A stretch of 38,147 nt of DNA from an uncultured archaeon (GTDB taxonomy: Archaea > Asgardarchaeota > Lokiarchaeia > Sigyniarchaeales > SOKP01), in NCBI GenBank assembly GCA_964486045.1, contig CAZALK010000027.1:1-38147 (forward strand), written 5' to 3'. A model generated the notes under the pieces. That model searched no databases. It saw nothing but the letters and a program-made list of their open reading frames with translations, and had not been told where the DNA came from. The position numbers were made by a program, and so were the translations under genes. Shown one piece after another: positions 27,453-36,384 of the stretch (position 1 is the stretch's first letter; the number at the start of each line of letters is the position of its first letter).

Positions 27453-28319
27453 ATGAGAATTGGTGCACACATGAGTATTAAGGGGGGAAAATACAAGGCT
27501 CTTGAGAGAGGGAGAGAGTTAGGTTGTGAATCAATTCAAGTGTTTGTTAGAAATGTACGAGGATGGTCCTCCGGACCTATAAAACAAAAAGAAGTTGATG
27601 CATTTTTAAGCAAAAAGGAAGAATTTAGAGACGAAATTTGGCCTGTAGTAGCACATGATAGCTATCTAATTAATTTAGCTAGTTTGGATAAGGAAAAGCT
27701 AGAGAAGTCATACATTGCTTTGCTAGACGAACTTACAAAGGTAGATCAATTAAATATTGAATATGAGAACATACATCCTGGAGTTATTCCCCTCATTGAT
27801 AAGGGAAAAATTTCAAAAGAAGAAGCATTATCTCAAATTGCTGATCAATTAAATCAACTAATGGATGCAACAAAATCCTCAAAAGCCATTATATTACTTG
27901 AAACAATGGCAGGACAAGGAGAAGGTCTATGTAATAAATTTTATCACCTCAAAAAGATAATAGATCAAATACAAAACAAGAATAGAATTGGAATTTGTTT
28001 TGATACTGCCCATTCCTTTGCAGCAGGATATGATTTTACAACAAAAAAAAAATATGAAGAAATGTGGGATGAGTTTGATGCGGAAATCGGTTTAAAATAT
28101 CTGTTTGCTTTTCATTTAAATGATACTGATAAGGATTGTGGCTCTAGAGTGGATAGACATACCCATATAGGTCAAGGAAAATTAGGAAAAAAACCATTTA
28201 GCTTCTTGTTGAATGACGAGAGATTTAAAAATCATCCTGGAATTTTGGAAACTCCCAAAGGAAAAGATTTTCAAGATGATATAATGAATTTAGCTCTGTT
28301 AAGATCTTTAATAAATTAA
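27453..28319 (+). CDS. nfo: Endonuclease IV (AP endonuclease 2)
   Basis: IGAHMS, HDSYLINLAS, HPG, LETMAGQG, CFDTAH, HLND, DRH, LETP. Confidence 0.95.
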   Translation: MRIGAHMSIKGGKYKALERGRELGCESIQVFVRNVRGWSSGPIKQKEVDAFLSKKEEFRDEIWPVVAHDSYLINLASLDKEKLEKSYIALLDELTKVDQLNIEYENIHPGVIPLIDKGKISKEEALSQIADQLNQLMDATKSSKAIILLETMAGQGEGLCNKFYHLKKIIDQIQNKNRIGICFDTAHSFAAGYDFTTKKKYEEMWDEFDAEIGLKYLFAFHLNDTDKDCGSRVDRHTHIGQGKLGKKPFSFLLNDERFKNHPGILETPKGKDFQDDIMNLALLRSLIN

Positions 28320-28465
28320 TTCTTCCATGTCAAACCAAAAGAGACTTCTATCATCTACAACTACTATTCAGATTTTTTTCTTTGTTCCCACACTTAATTC
28401 TATAGAATATTTCATTAATACTATTTCTAATTCCAAAGAAAAATATTAAAAAAAAATTTATTTGA

Positions 28466-28969
28466 TTAAACGGTAGCTCCACCTATTATTCCTAATATTC
28501 CTCCTCCAATTGCTAAATAGAAACCAATTCCAAGACCCCAATCCGCCATTCCCGGAAAGCTACCAAACAAGAGATTCTCTCCAGGCAGCCATACAGTAGC
28601 CATAGTTTCAAATACACCTATTTTAGTAATTATCTCAAACAAAAGTAGGGTCGGGCCAGCTAAAAAAATGACACCTCCCAGAATTCCGAATACCTTCCTT
28701 TCTGTTAAACCAGCAATAAAAGTTAGTACACTACCACCTAAAATTAGCATAATTACAATCATCAAGATGATATCTTCAGCGAATGTAATTGGGGATGGAT
28801 TGATGCCCACTTCTCCTGATGTTACTCCAAAACCTCCAAGGTATACTCTCACCATCCCCGGTGCATCAAGTCTCCATAGACAAATTATTCCGGGCGCAAT
28901 ATAATATAGAACCACACTAAGCACTCCTAATACACCACCAATTATAGCAAAAACTTTACCTGCTCCCAT
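28466..28969 (-). CDS. Gly-rich 4-TM membrane protein (paralog A)
   Basis: Four hydrophobic GxxxG-rich helices; clear paralog of 29362-29868. Confidence 0.85.
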   Translation of the reverse strand: MGAGKVFAIIGGVLGVLSVVLYYIAPGIICLWRLDAPGMVRVYLGGFGVTSGEVGINPSPITFAEDIILMIVIMLILGGSVLTFIAGLTERKVFGILGGVIFLAGPTLLLFEIITKIGVFETMATVWLPGENLLFGSFPGMADWGLGIGFYLAIGGGILGIIGGATV

Positions 28970-29057
28970 TAAAATAACCTTTTACATATGTTATTAAGTT
29001 TTTAATTATGTTTTGTATTTTTGACAAATTTTACAATTTTAGGTAAAATGTTATCTA

Positions 29058-29108
29058 ATTATTAAAAAAGGTTTCTATAATATAATAGAAGATTTTGTTA
29101 TTCTTCTA
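29058..29108 (-). promoter_or_regulatory. BRE-TATA plus upstream palindromic operator (copy 1)
   Basis: Minus strand GAAACC-TTTTTTAATAA; TTCTAT-N6-ATAGAA overlapping TAGAAGA-N9-TCTTCTA (29086-29108). Confidence 0.6.
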
Positions 29109-29150
29109 CTTAGATTTGAATTAACTATTCAATAAGAGAGAAGTTTTTTT

Positions 29151-29216
29151 CCTAAAGGAAAAGATTTTCAAGATGAGATAATGAATTTATCTATGCCGAG
29201 ATCTTTTATAAATTGG
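29151..29216 (+). pseudogene. nfo: Duplicated 3' fragment of nfo
   Basis: Reads PKGKDFQDEIMNLSMPRSFIN versus nfo PKGKDFQDDIMNLALLRSLIN. Confidence 0.85.
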
Positions 29217-29361
29217 TTATTTTTCCATGTCAAACCAAAAGGGACTTTTATCATCTACAAGTGCTATTCAGATTTTCTTTATTGTTCCCACACTTAATTC
29301 TATAGAATTTTTCATCTTATTTCTAATTCCTAAGAAAAATAAAAAAAAGAGTTTTATTTGA

Positions 29362-29868
29362 TTAAACGGTAGCTGCACCTATTATTCCTAATATTCCTCC
29401 CCCAATTGCTAAATATGAACCAATTCCAAGACCCCAATCTGCCACTCCTGGTATGTTACCCGCCAAGAGGTTCACATCACCCATAAGTGGAATTAATATG
29501 TCTCCGAAAACACCCAATTTAGCGATTAACTCGACTAAAAGTAGGGTTGGGCCAGCTAATAAGATGATCCCTCCCAGAATCCCGACAGTTTTACTTTCTG
29601 CTACACCAGCTATAAAGGTTATTACTCCGCCACCAATAATTAGCACACTTACAATCATCAAAATGATATCTCCGGAGTATTGAGGTGAGAACGGAACCCC
29701 GAAATCCTCTCCTGACCATGCTCCAAAACCTCCAAAGTATACTCTCACCAACAACATCGGATCATCAAGTCTCCAAAGACTAAGTATTTCAGGGGCAATA
29801 TAATATAGAACCACACTAAGCACCCCTAATACACCACCAATTAAAGCAAAAACCTTACCTACTCCCAT
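29362..29868 (-). CDS. Gly-rich 4-TM membrane protein (paralog B)
   Basis: Paralog of 28466-28969; shares LWRLD, VRVY.GGFG, ADWGLGIG.YLAIGGGILGIIG. Confidence 0.85.
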   Translation of the reverse strand: MGVGKVFALIGGVLGVLSVVLYYIAPEILSLWRLDDPMLLVRVYFGGFGAWSGEDFGVPFSPQYSGDIILMIVSVLIIGGGVITFIAGVAESKTVGILGGIILLAGPTLLLVELIAKLGVFGDILIPLMGDVNLLAGNIPGVADWGLGIGSYLAIGGGILGIIGAATV

Positions 29869-29946
29869 TAATATAACCTTATACGTATTTTTATTGTGTT
29901 TTTTATTTTTTATAAATATTACAATTTTAGATAAAATGCTATCTAA

Positions 29947-29996
29947 TTCTTAAAAAAGGTTTCTATAATATAATAGAAGATTTAGATATTCTTCTA
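29947..29996 (-). promoter_or_regulatory. BRE-TATA plus palindromic operator (copy 2)
   Basis: GAAACC-TTTTTTAAGAA on the minus strand; TAGAAGA-N9-TCTTCTA at 29974-29996. Confidence 0.6.
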
Positions 29997-30116
29997 CTTA
30001 GATTTGAATTAACTATTTATGGATATTTGTATGCATAAATATTTATATAATTCTGAGTGAGGTGGACACTAAAAATAACATTAAGCCCTATCAGACTATT
30101 ATTACAAAGATGTGAT

Positions 30117-30512
30117 TCATTCCAGCTTAAACCAGACCGAAGATTTATCGTTTACAAGTCCATTATAATTTGTGACTAATTCTTCAAATTCTGAGATATC
30201 TCTTAGCGTTTCAAATTCAATACAGTTATTGTCATAATCATAAATGTATCTAACATTGGGATCATAAGAGTGATTTATGAATTGGCTAATGCTTAATGAA
30301 ATAGCGTTTCTAAATTCAGAATCATGCTTTGGATCCTCCCAAACATAGCAATAGTTATAAATCACAGTTTTCTTAATTTTCTTATAATCCTTATTTGGTA
30401 AAGGGATAACATGTGCTACATCAATAATTGTCCCTTTCTTAATTTCTTTCTTTGCGAAGACCCCCTTTCCTTTTTTTGGAGAAATAAACTTAACTTCAAT
30501 TAAATCATTCAT
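30117..30512 (-). CDS. SET domain protein-lysine N-methyltransferase (stand-alone, prokaryotic/vSET-like)
   Basis: KGKGVFA, FINHS..PN, EELVTNY motifs; ATG 30512 is preceded by a GGTGG SD-like motif (ORF track start 30533 also possible). Confidence 0.9.
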   Translation of the reverse strand: MNDLIEVKFISPKKGKGVFAKKEIKKGTIIDVAHVIPLPNKDYKKIKKTVIYNYCYVWEDPKHDSEFRNAISLSISQFINHSYDPNVRYIYDYDNNCIEFETLRDISEFEELVTNYNGLVNDKSSVWFKLE

Positions 30513-30610
30513 AGATTCCACCAACATTTTCATTCAATGAGGATATTTCTCCCATCAATATCTGCTTCAGCCAATATTTATGGTTCATCCTAATTATCAT
30601 GAGTAATTAT

Positions 30611-30733
30611 TCATTGTTTATTTTCATATTTTTCTGGATTCACACATTTTCTCCATTGCATTACAGTTTCTTCGGGACCTAAACCTATCAGTAAATCACC
30701 TATTTCAAAAATAACGCTTTTAAAATGTTGATT
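30611..30733 (-). pseudogene. Start-less 3' gene fragment, possibly the C-terminus of a TrkA-C/RCK-C domain protein
   Basis: Frame reads NQHFKSVIFEIGDLLIGLGPEETVMQWRKCVNPEKYENKQ*; F..GDLL..LG resembles the end of RCK-C domains. Confidence 0.35.
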
Positions 30734-30807
30734 TCACTCACAATTAATAATTTCTTTAATGATATAATATATTAAAAACGATAGTTATTTCATATATAGA
30801 CATAACT

Positions 30808-32175
30808 ATGAGTAATAAAGTGGATAAAAAATTACTTTATTTTGTTTTCCTTTTAATTTTAATATTTAACATACATAGTTTTTCAATTTTCTCATATTTT
30901 CATGAAAATCACTTAAAATTAGAAACAAAAAGTGAAGTAGAATATCTTAAAATCAGATCTTCTACGAATGGATTTATATCTTCAACTGATATTGAACTTT
31001 TTTGGTTTATTCAAATATCTGATACTCAATTTTTATGGTACGACGTTAGGAAGGTTGCTGAGTTTTACAAATTTTTAAACGAAACATATAACGAAATTCG
31101 ACCTCTTTTTATTTACCATACCGGTGATATTAATAATGCTAATTATGGTCTAGAACAAGACAAAGAAGGCTGGGAGTATTATAAAAAAGCATTAGATGAC
31201 AATAATATGAATGCATCAATATATATGGATATTATTGGTAATCACGATGCAGCCAATGATCCTAATTTTACCTATTTTCTTAACTATTCTATAATGGGTA
31301 GAACGTTTAATACAACTCAATATTCTTTTAATAAATCTATTACTTTCGGAAATTATGCTTTTATTGGGCTCAATACGGCCAAAAAGTCCTACAATTTGTT
31401 TGAATTTGGCTATCAAGGATTCTTGAGTTCAGCAGAGTTAGATTGGTATGAAAGTGAACTAGAAAAGTATAAAGAGTTTGATAAGATTTTTGTATTTGGA
31501 CATCATCCACCAAGTTACCCACCTTATTATGAAATAAAATCAGAAGAAAGTCTTAGTGGGAAAGACTTTAATGAATTAAATGAAGAACACAATGTCTCTT
31601 TTTATCTCGCAGGCCATACTCATGAAAATTATTTTCAATACTTTAATAATCTCTTAACTATTACAACATCTAATTTTGACCAAGGGGGTGGTACATACAG
31701 AATTATTTCATTAGATAATAATAAACTCTCAACATCAGTAGAATATGTAGGAGATTGGCCCCAAGCAATTATAACTAATCCCCCGGGAGAAAAATATTTA
31801 TTTGGAGATTTAAATGTTAAAGGTAAAAAGTTAAGAGTTCTTGCTTGGGATCCAGAGGGAATTATATCTATAAAATGGAGTCTTTTCGATATTAAGAATG
31901 AATTTCAATTAATAAATTGGAAATCACTAGAAAAAATCTCTAATGAAGAACCGTTATGGGAAGGTAATTTGAATTTTCCAAATCGTGGGAATCTTTTAAT
32001 AAAAGTCAAAATTGAAGGAGGTTCAGGAGAGATAGTAAAAGAATTCAGATATTTTTTAAGTGATGATATTAATAGTACTATTTCTTTATTGGTTATTATA
32101 ATATTGGTTTCTGGATTAGTATCTATAGCAATTACATCTAACCATTACAATCCAAACAAATTTAATGGAAGATAA
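30808..32175 (+). CDS. Membrane-anchored calcineurin-like metallophosphoesterase (TMEM62-like)
   Basis: QISDTQ, TGD, GNHD, GHHP, GHTH motifs; N-terminal signal or TM and C-terminal TM. Confidence 0.85.
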   Translation: MSNKVDKKLLYFVFLLILIFNIHSFSIFSYFHENHLKLETKSEVEYLKIRSSTNGFISSTDIELFWFIQISDTQFLWYDVRKVAEFYKFLNETYNEIRPLFIYHTGDINNANYGLEQDKEGWEYYKKALDDNNMNASIYMDIIGNHDAANDPNFTYFLNYSIMGRTFNTTQYSFNKSITFGNYAFIGLNTAKKSYNLFEFGYQGFLSSAELDWYESELEKYKEFDKIFVFGHHPPSYPPYYEIKSEESLSGKDFNELNEEHNVSFYLAGHTHENYFQYFNNLLTITTSNFDQGGGTYRIISLDNNKLSTSVEYVGDWPQAIITNPPGEKYLFGDLNVKGKKLRVLAWDPEGIISIKWSLFDIKNEFQLINWKSLEKISNEEPLWEGNLNFPNRGNLLIKVKIEGGSGEIVKEFRYFLSDDINSTISLLVIIILVSGLVSIAITSNHYNPNKFNGR

Positions 32176-32262
32176 AAAAAAAGGGAGAAAAAAATCTTGA
32201 TAAAGCATTTCTACTTTAAATAATTACAAAATTCAATCTTATGGATAAAAAAACCCTAATTT

Positions 32263-33894
32263 ATGAGCCTTTGGAAAATAATTGTTAAACATGAAATTCG
32301 TCTCAAGACATATAGGTATAGAAAAAATCGAAAATTATTTTTAATAATTATTTATACGATTTTTTTGTATTGGGGATTTTACCTAGGTCCGAATTTGTTT
32401 GATATTATCATATCTCAAATTGCTCAAGAAATTCCAAGTGAATATATTTCTTTTTCTGTTACGTTTATAGAATATTTCTTAACGTCATTTTTTTTAATCA
32501 TTCTGATTTATCCACTTTATAGCCTATATAGGAAGACAGAAATTGGACATAGTGAGGTATTACTAACCTCTCCTATTAGACCTAGAGATATTTTTCTTGG
32601 TGAATTTCTGGGTAAGTTAATTTTTTATTTTTTGCTGATCTTAGGAATGGGACCTGTTATCATCAGCTTATTGAATCAAATTAAAATCTTGAATATTTTG
32701 CAATATTTTGTGATTTATTCAAGTTTATTTATGCTATTGTCTTTTAGTTTCTTAATTGGTACGATTATAGCGAACTTCTTTGAACATAAAATGACTAAAA
32801 GTAAAATGGCAAAAGATCTCGGCAAATCCTTCCTACTCATATTGTCAATTATAGTTATTGCGATGTTTTACATATTGCGCTTCGTTTTTGATCTTATCTC
32901 ATCTAATCCAGCATATAAAGTTTGGTTAATGTATTATCCTTCTTTTTGGTATTCAAATATAATTTTGTATGCTATTGATCCGTCATTAAATCTTTTTAAT
33001 ACCTTATCTAATTATTTGTTTGTTATAGCGAACCTTTCCTTAGGATTTATTACCCCTTCTGTACTTCTTTATTTTTCATATAAAAATGCGGATAGTTTTT
33101 ATACATTAGAGGACCATGCTGAAAACGAAGTTTTTATAAGTAAAAAGGAACGAGGACTTTACAAATTAATTAGGAAAACTACTCCTCCTAAGTGGAGAGG
33201 GCTAATAATCACTCAGTTTAAGATATTCTTTAGGAAAAGGGAAAATTTGTTTAAAATAATTTATATCTGGGCATTAATTTCGGTAATTGGTGTAATAATA
33301 ATTTATTCTATTGAGGATCAAGCTTTAGCACGTTATGATATTCTAAACTTAAAATTATTAATAATCGTCATAGTTGCATGGGTTGGAGGATTGTTATTTG
33401 GCGTATTAATAGGTTTACATATTTTTATTGATTCAAAGCAATTATTATTTCAATATAAGAGTAGTACAAGAGGAATAAAAGCTCTCGTATTTTCTTATAT
33501 TTATGAAATTTTTTACTTAATATTGATTTTAGATATCATTCTTACATTCTTTTTTACTTTACTATTTCAATTAGAATTAATATATACATTGATCTTTTTT
33601 ATTACATTTATGTTGTATAGCTTTGCAATTCAAATACAAGCAATTGGGGTTCAGTGTTTTAATCCATTATTCGAGGAAAGAGGTAAAAATGCATATTTAA
33701 TCAGCTATTTTCTTATTTTTTCACAAATAGTATCTTTTTTTATTGTACTTTTTATATTTGTTCCATTTGCACCAGATACATTAAATAATTCTTTAGGCTT
33801 AACATATATACTACTAATTAATTTAGCCTTAACATCGGGATTTTCATTCTTAATATTCCATATTGGTTTAAGGAAGCTACAAAAATTAGAATAG
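32263..33894 (+). CDS. ABC-2 type exporter permease-like polytopic membrane protein
   Basis: About 12 TM in two halves; SLWKII.KHE.R start, LLTSPIRPRDIFLGEFLG loop, second half starting Q.KIFFRK. Confidence 0.65.
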   Translation: MSLWKIIVKHEIRLKTYRYRKNRKLFLIIIYTIFLYWGFYLGPNLFDIIISQIAQEIPSEYISFSVTFIEYFLTSFFLIILIYPLYSLYRKTEIGHSEVLLTSPIRPRDIFLGEFLGKLIFYFLLILGMGPVIISLLNQIKILNILQYFVIYSSLFMLLSFSFLIGTIIANFFEHKMTKSKMAKDLGKSFLLILSIIVIAMFYILRFVFDLISSNPAYKVWLMYYPSFWYSNIILYAIDPSLNLFNTLSNYLFVIANLSLGFITPSVLLYFSYKNADSFYTLEDHAENEVFISKKERGLYKLIRKTTPPKWRGLIITQFKIFFRKRENLFKIIYIWALISVIGVIIIYSIEDQALARYDILNLKLLIIVIVAWVGGLLFGVLIGLHIFIDSKQLLFQYKSSTRGIKALVFSYIYEIFYLILILDIILTFFFTLLFQLELIYTLIFFITFMLYSFAIQIQAIGVQCFNPLFEERGKNAYLISYFLIFSQIVSFFIVLFIFVPFAPDTLNNSLGLTYILLINLALTSGFSFLIFHIGLRKLQKLE

Positions 33895-33944
33895 TATTAT
33901 AGCAAATGATAAGATAAAAAGGAATATTTACTATCATCAACATT

Positions 33945-34196
33945 TTATTTTTTTTTACAATATTTGTACACACCAAATATTCCTAAGGGAATTAACAACA
34001 GTAACAACCCTAAAGGATTAAATATTAAAAAATTTACCATTGAAACAAGACTTGCTAAAGGATCAGAAGTACTTATATAAAATAAAAGAAATATATATGC
34101 AGCAAAACCAAATATCAGCAAAACAAAATCAGCTTTGATTTCCCATAGAATGAGTATGAGAGAGATAATAAATAAAACTGCAATATTTAATTCCAT
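33945..34196 (-). CDS. Small hypothetical membrane protein (about 3 TM)
   Basis: 83-aa hydrophobic ORF with a basic tail and TATA-like TTTAAA upstream. Confidence 0.55.
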   Translation of the reverse strand: MELNIAVLFIISLILILWEIKADFVLLIFGFAAYIFLLFYISTSDPLASLVSMVNFLIFNPLGLLLLLIPLGIFGVYKYCKKK

Positions 34197-34255
34197 AGTG
34201 TAATAAAATAATTATGGTAATTTAAATTTTTAAATTATCATTGATTTCGTGGAAT

Positions 34256-34275
34256 TAAAACAAAAAAAAAAAAAA
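34256..34275 (-). terminator. Oligo-T terminator after the Loki-CTERM gene
   Basis: Long A run on the + strand (T tract on the transcript) about 10 nt after the stop codon. Confidence 0.5.
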
Positions 34276-34285
34276 GATAATTAAT

Positions 34286-35956
34286 TTATATAGATTTATT
34301 TTTTTTCTTTCCATACAGAATTATTGCTATTACAGTAAAACCTGCAAATCCTAGAATAAGAGGAATCTCATATCCCGGAATTTCCCCTTCAGCTCCAATC
34401 AAAGTAATTTCTGCTACTACTAATCCCCCTGCTTTTATATCAGCTCTTTCTAAGATACCATTTGCATTCCATTCAACTGATAATACAATAGCAGTTGGAT
34501 TTTGTGTAGTTGCAAATGTCAAATCAGTTTGAACGGCGTTCCAATCATAATTATTTGCCACGATTAAAGTACCTGATAATATAAATTGATCTAGTAAAGC
34601 GAGTGGAGCAATTGAATAAGTGGATGGGTCGACAATATATGTAGGCAATGTCAATACAGGAAAAAATGAATTCATAAAAAATCCATCAGATGGTAGTGTC
34701 GTTATTGTACTAAGACTTAAACCTGTTATACTTGACATACTTTCCCATGTTTCAAAATCAAGGGAAAAAGAAAGATTCATGCCAATGGGTACGCCCATCG
34801 GACCACCTGGAAATGCAGCAACCTCAGTTCCTATTGAAATAACCTTTACTCTTAAGCCAGCTTCATAACTCAACATCCCCATTGCTTGAAAGGTTAAATA
34901 CATTGTATCCCATTCTGGTATTATCATAGTGTCAAGTAGCGTTAATGCTTCAGTAAAACCATAATCAAGCCATCCTGTGAGTGTTAAAATCTGAAGTGAT
35001 TGGGGCATCCCTGTCATATTCACGAGAGCTTCGCTACCGTATTTCAGTAATTCAGATGCATTAAGTGCACCATATCCTGAAGGCATTGTACTATTTGCCA
35101 TTTCACCAAAAAAGTCGAGTACATCCGCCATAAGCTCAGATTCCATTCCACCGGGCATAGTTTGGTTGAGGCCTAAAAATAATTCATTAAACAGAGTTGT
35201 GGCATTCATTATAGGCATACCAAACAAAGCAGTTACGTTATCAAACAGTTCACCCATCGTTATTGATTGTATCTCAATTGGAAGGAATGAAGGTACCATG
35301 GATTCTAGCATCATATGTACCGCAAAACTTTCTCCTATAAGGGGAACACTTGCCACCATTGCTTTATAAAAGTCTATCATCGAAAGTTCCTCCCAGTTAG
35401 CAGGGATTAATCCATAATTGATCGTAGAATTAATTTCATTCATCAACATCGCATATAAATCTTGAAATGGATTGTCTTCCCAACCTGGAGCTAATGTCCC
35501 ATTAATTCCATCAAAAACAAGATCATAAAAATCTGTAAAGTTTAAAGTCTGCCAATTTGAAGGAATCATTCCTGAAAGAATTGTTGAATTAAATTGCTCA
35601 ATATGATCCACGATTGTGGCCTCAATCAAATCCGTCACATTCAAACTTTCCCATCCAACGGGAAGAAAATTTGAAAGTAACCCTGTAGCTATTTGCTCAA
35701 TTATTTCGGCAGGAGTTAATGATTCAAATCCAAATAAATCAATAGATGGAAGATTGGCCTTCCAATCTGCTAAAAGATCTCTTACATTATCTAATAAATC
35801 ATCAACATTCCCAAAATTTACTTTAGCTTTCCAAGTGAATTGGTCTCCTACATTAACCCCGACATAGTCAGGAACTTGAGCCTTTGCATTAATTCCAAAT
35901 GGAATTAAAAATAATACTGATAATATCAATAAACCTGATATTCTATCTTTTCTCAT
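34286..35956 (-). CDS. Secreted surface protein with internal helical repeats and Loki-CTERM-like sorting signal
   Basis: Signal peptide, YVGVNVGDQFTW N-terminus, C-terminal GEIPGY plus TM plus KKKNK. Confidence 0.85.
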   Translation of the reverse strand: MRKDRISGLLILSVLFLIPFGINAKAQVPDYVGVNVGDQFTWKAKVNFGNVDDLLDNVRDLLADWKANLPSIDLFGFESLTPAEIIEQIATGLLSNFLPVGWESLNVTDLIEATIVDHIEQFNSTILSGMIPSNWQTLNFTDFYDLVFDGINGTLAPGWEDNPFQDLYAMLMNEINSTINYGLIPANWEELSMIDFYKAMVASVPLIGESFAVHMMLESMVPSFLPIEIQSITMGELFDNVTALFGMPIMNATTLFNELFLGLNQTMPGGMESELMADVLDFFGEMANSTMPSGYGALNASELLKYGSEALVNMTGMPQSLQILTLTGWLDYGFTEALTLLDTMIIPEWDTMYLTFQAMGMLSYEAGLRVKVISIGTEVAAFPGGPMGVPIGMNLSFSLDFETWESMSSITGLSLSTITTLPSDGFFMNSFFPVLTLPTYIVDPSTYSIAPLALLDQFILSGTLIVANNYDWNAVQTDLTFATTQNPTAIVLSVEWNANGILERADIKAGGLVVAEITLIGAEGEIPGYEIPLILGFAGFTVIAIILYGKKKNKSI

Positions 35957-36384
35957 AATTAATTCAATTGTATTTTTGGATTTTTTAATTAAATTAAATT
36001 ACTAATATTATTCAACTACGATTATTTAAAGTTAAGTAGATATTTTTGAACTTGTAAACCAGAGATAAAAATAAACCTCTTGAGCATTTCTGTTCCAAAA
36101 TTGAAATTTTTATATAGATTTAAACAAAATTATTTTGAAAATAATAACGATAGTCTTTACTCAAGAAGCTAATACTAAAAATTCCTTTAATTTTTCTAGC
36201 TTCGGAAAGATTGAACGTCTTTTTCTCGTGATAATTTTGACTCATAATATTAACTTAAATCTAACCATTATTGAAACCTGATTTTAAGAAATTAAAGAAA
36301 AGCAAAAAAGAAAATTTAAGCACTTTCCTTTAGGTATTTTAGACTATAAGTTTTTATTGGTGTCAGTTATAATTTTAAATAATT

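Larger units (their letters stand above)
28253..29129. repeat. Copy 1 of an approximately 0.87-kb diverged tandem duplication
   Basis: Aligns by eye with 29150-30017; contains the nfo 3' end, the downstream spacer, the membrane gene and its promoter. Confidence 0.9.
29150..30017. repeat. Copy 2 of the tandem duplication
   Basis: Begins with a degenerate copy of the nfo 3' end (cctaaaggaaaagattttcaagatga) and ends at gatttgaattaactatt, as copy 1 does. Confidence 0.9.

Noticed and set aside
28253-30017. Integron cassette array, DGR or CRISPR explanation for the repeat
   Set aside because: No integrase, reverse transcriptase, attC-like hairpins or short regularly spaced repeats; the differences do not look adenine-specific by eye
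2425-30512. HDAC, GNATs and SET as a histone writer/eraser system
   Set aside because: The genes are scattered over 28 kb, no histone gene is present, and the GNATs are RimJ/SpeG-type; co-occurrence alone is not evidence
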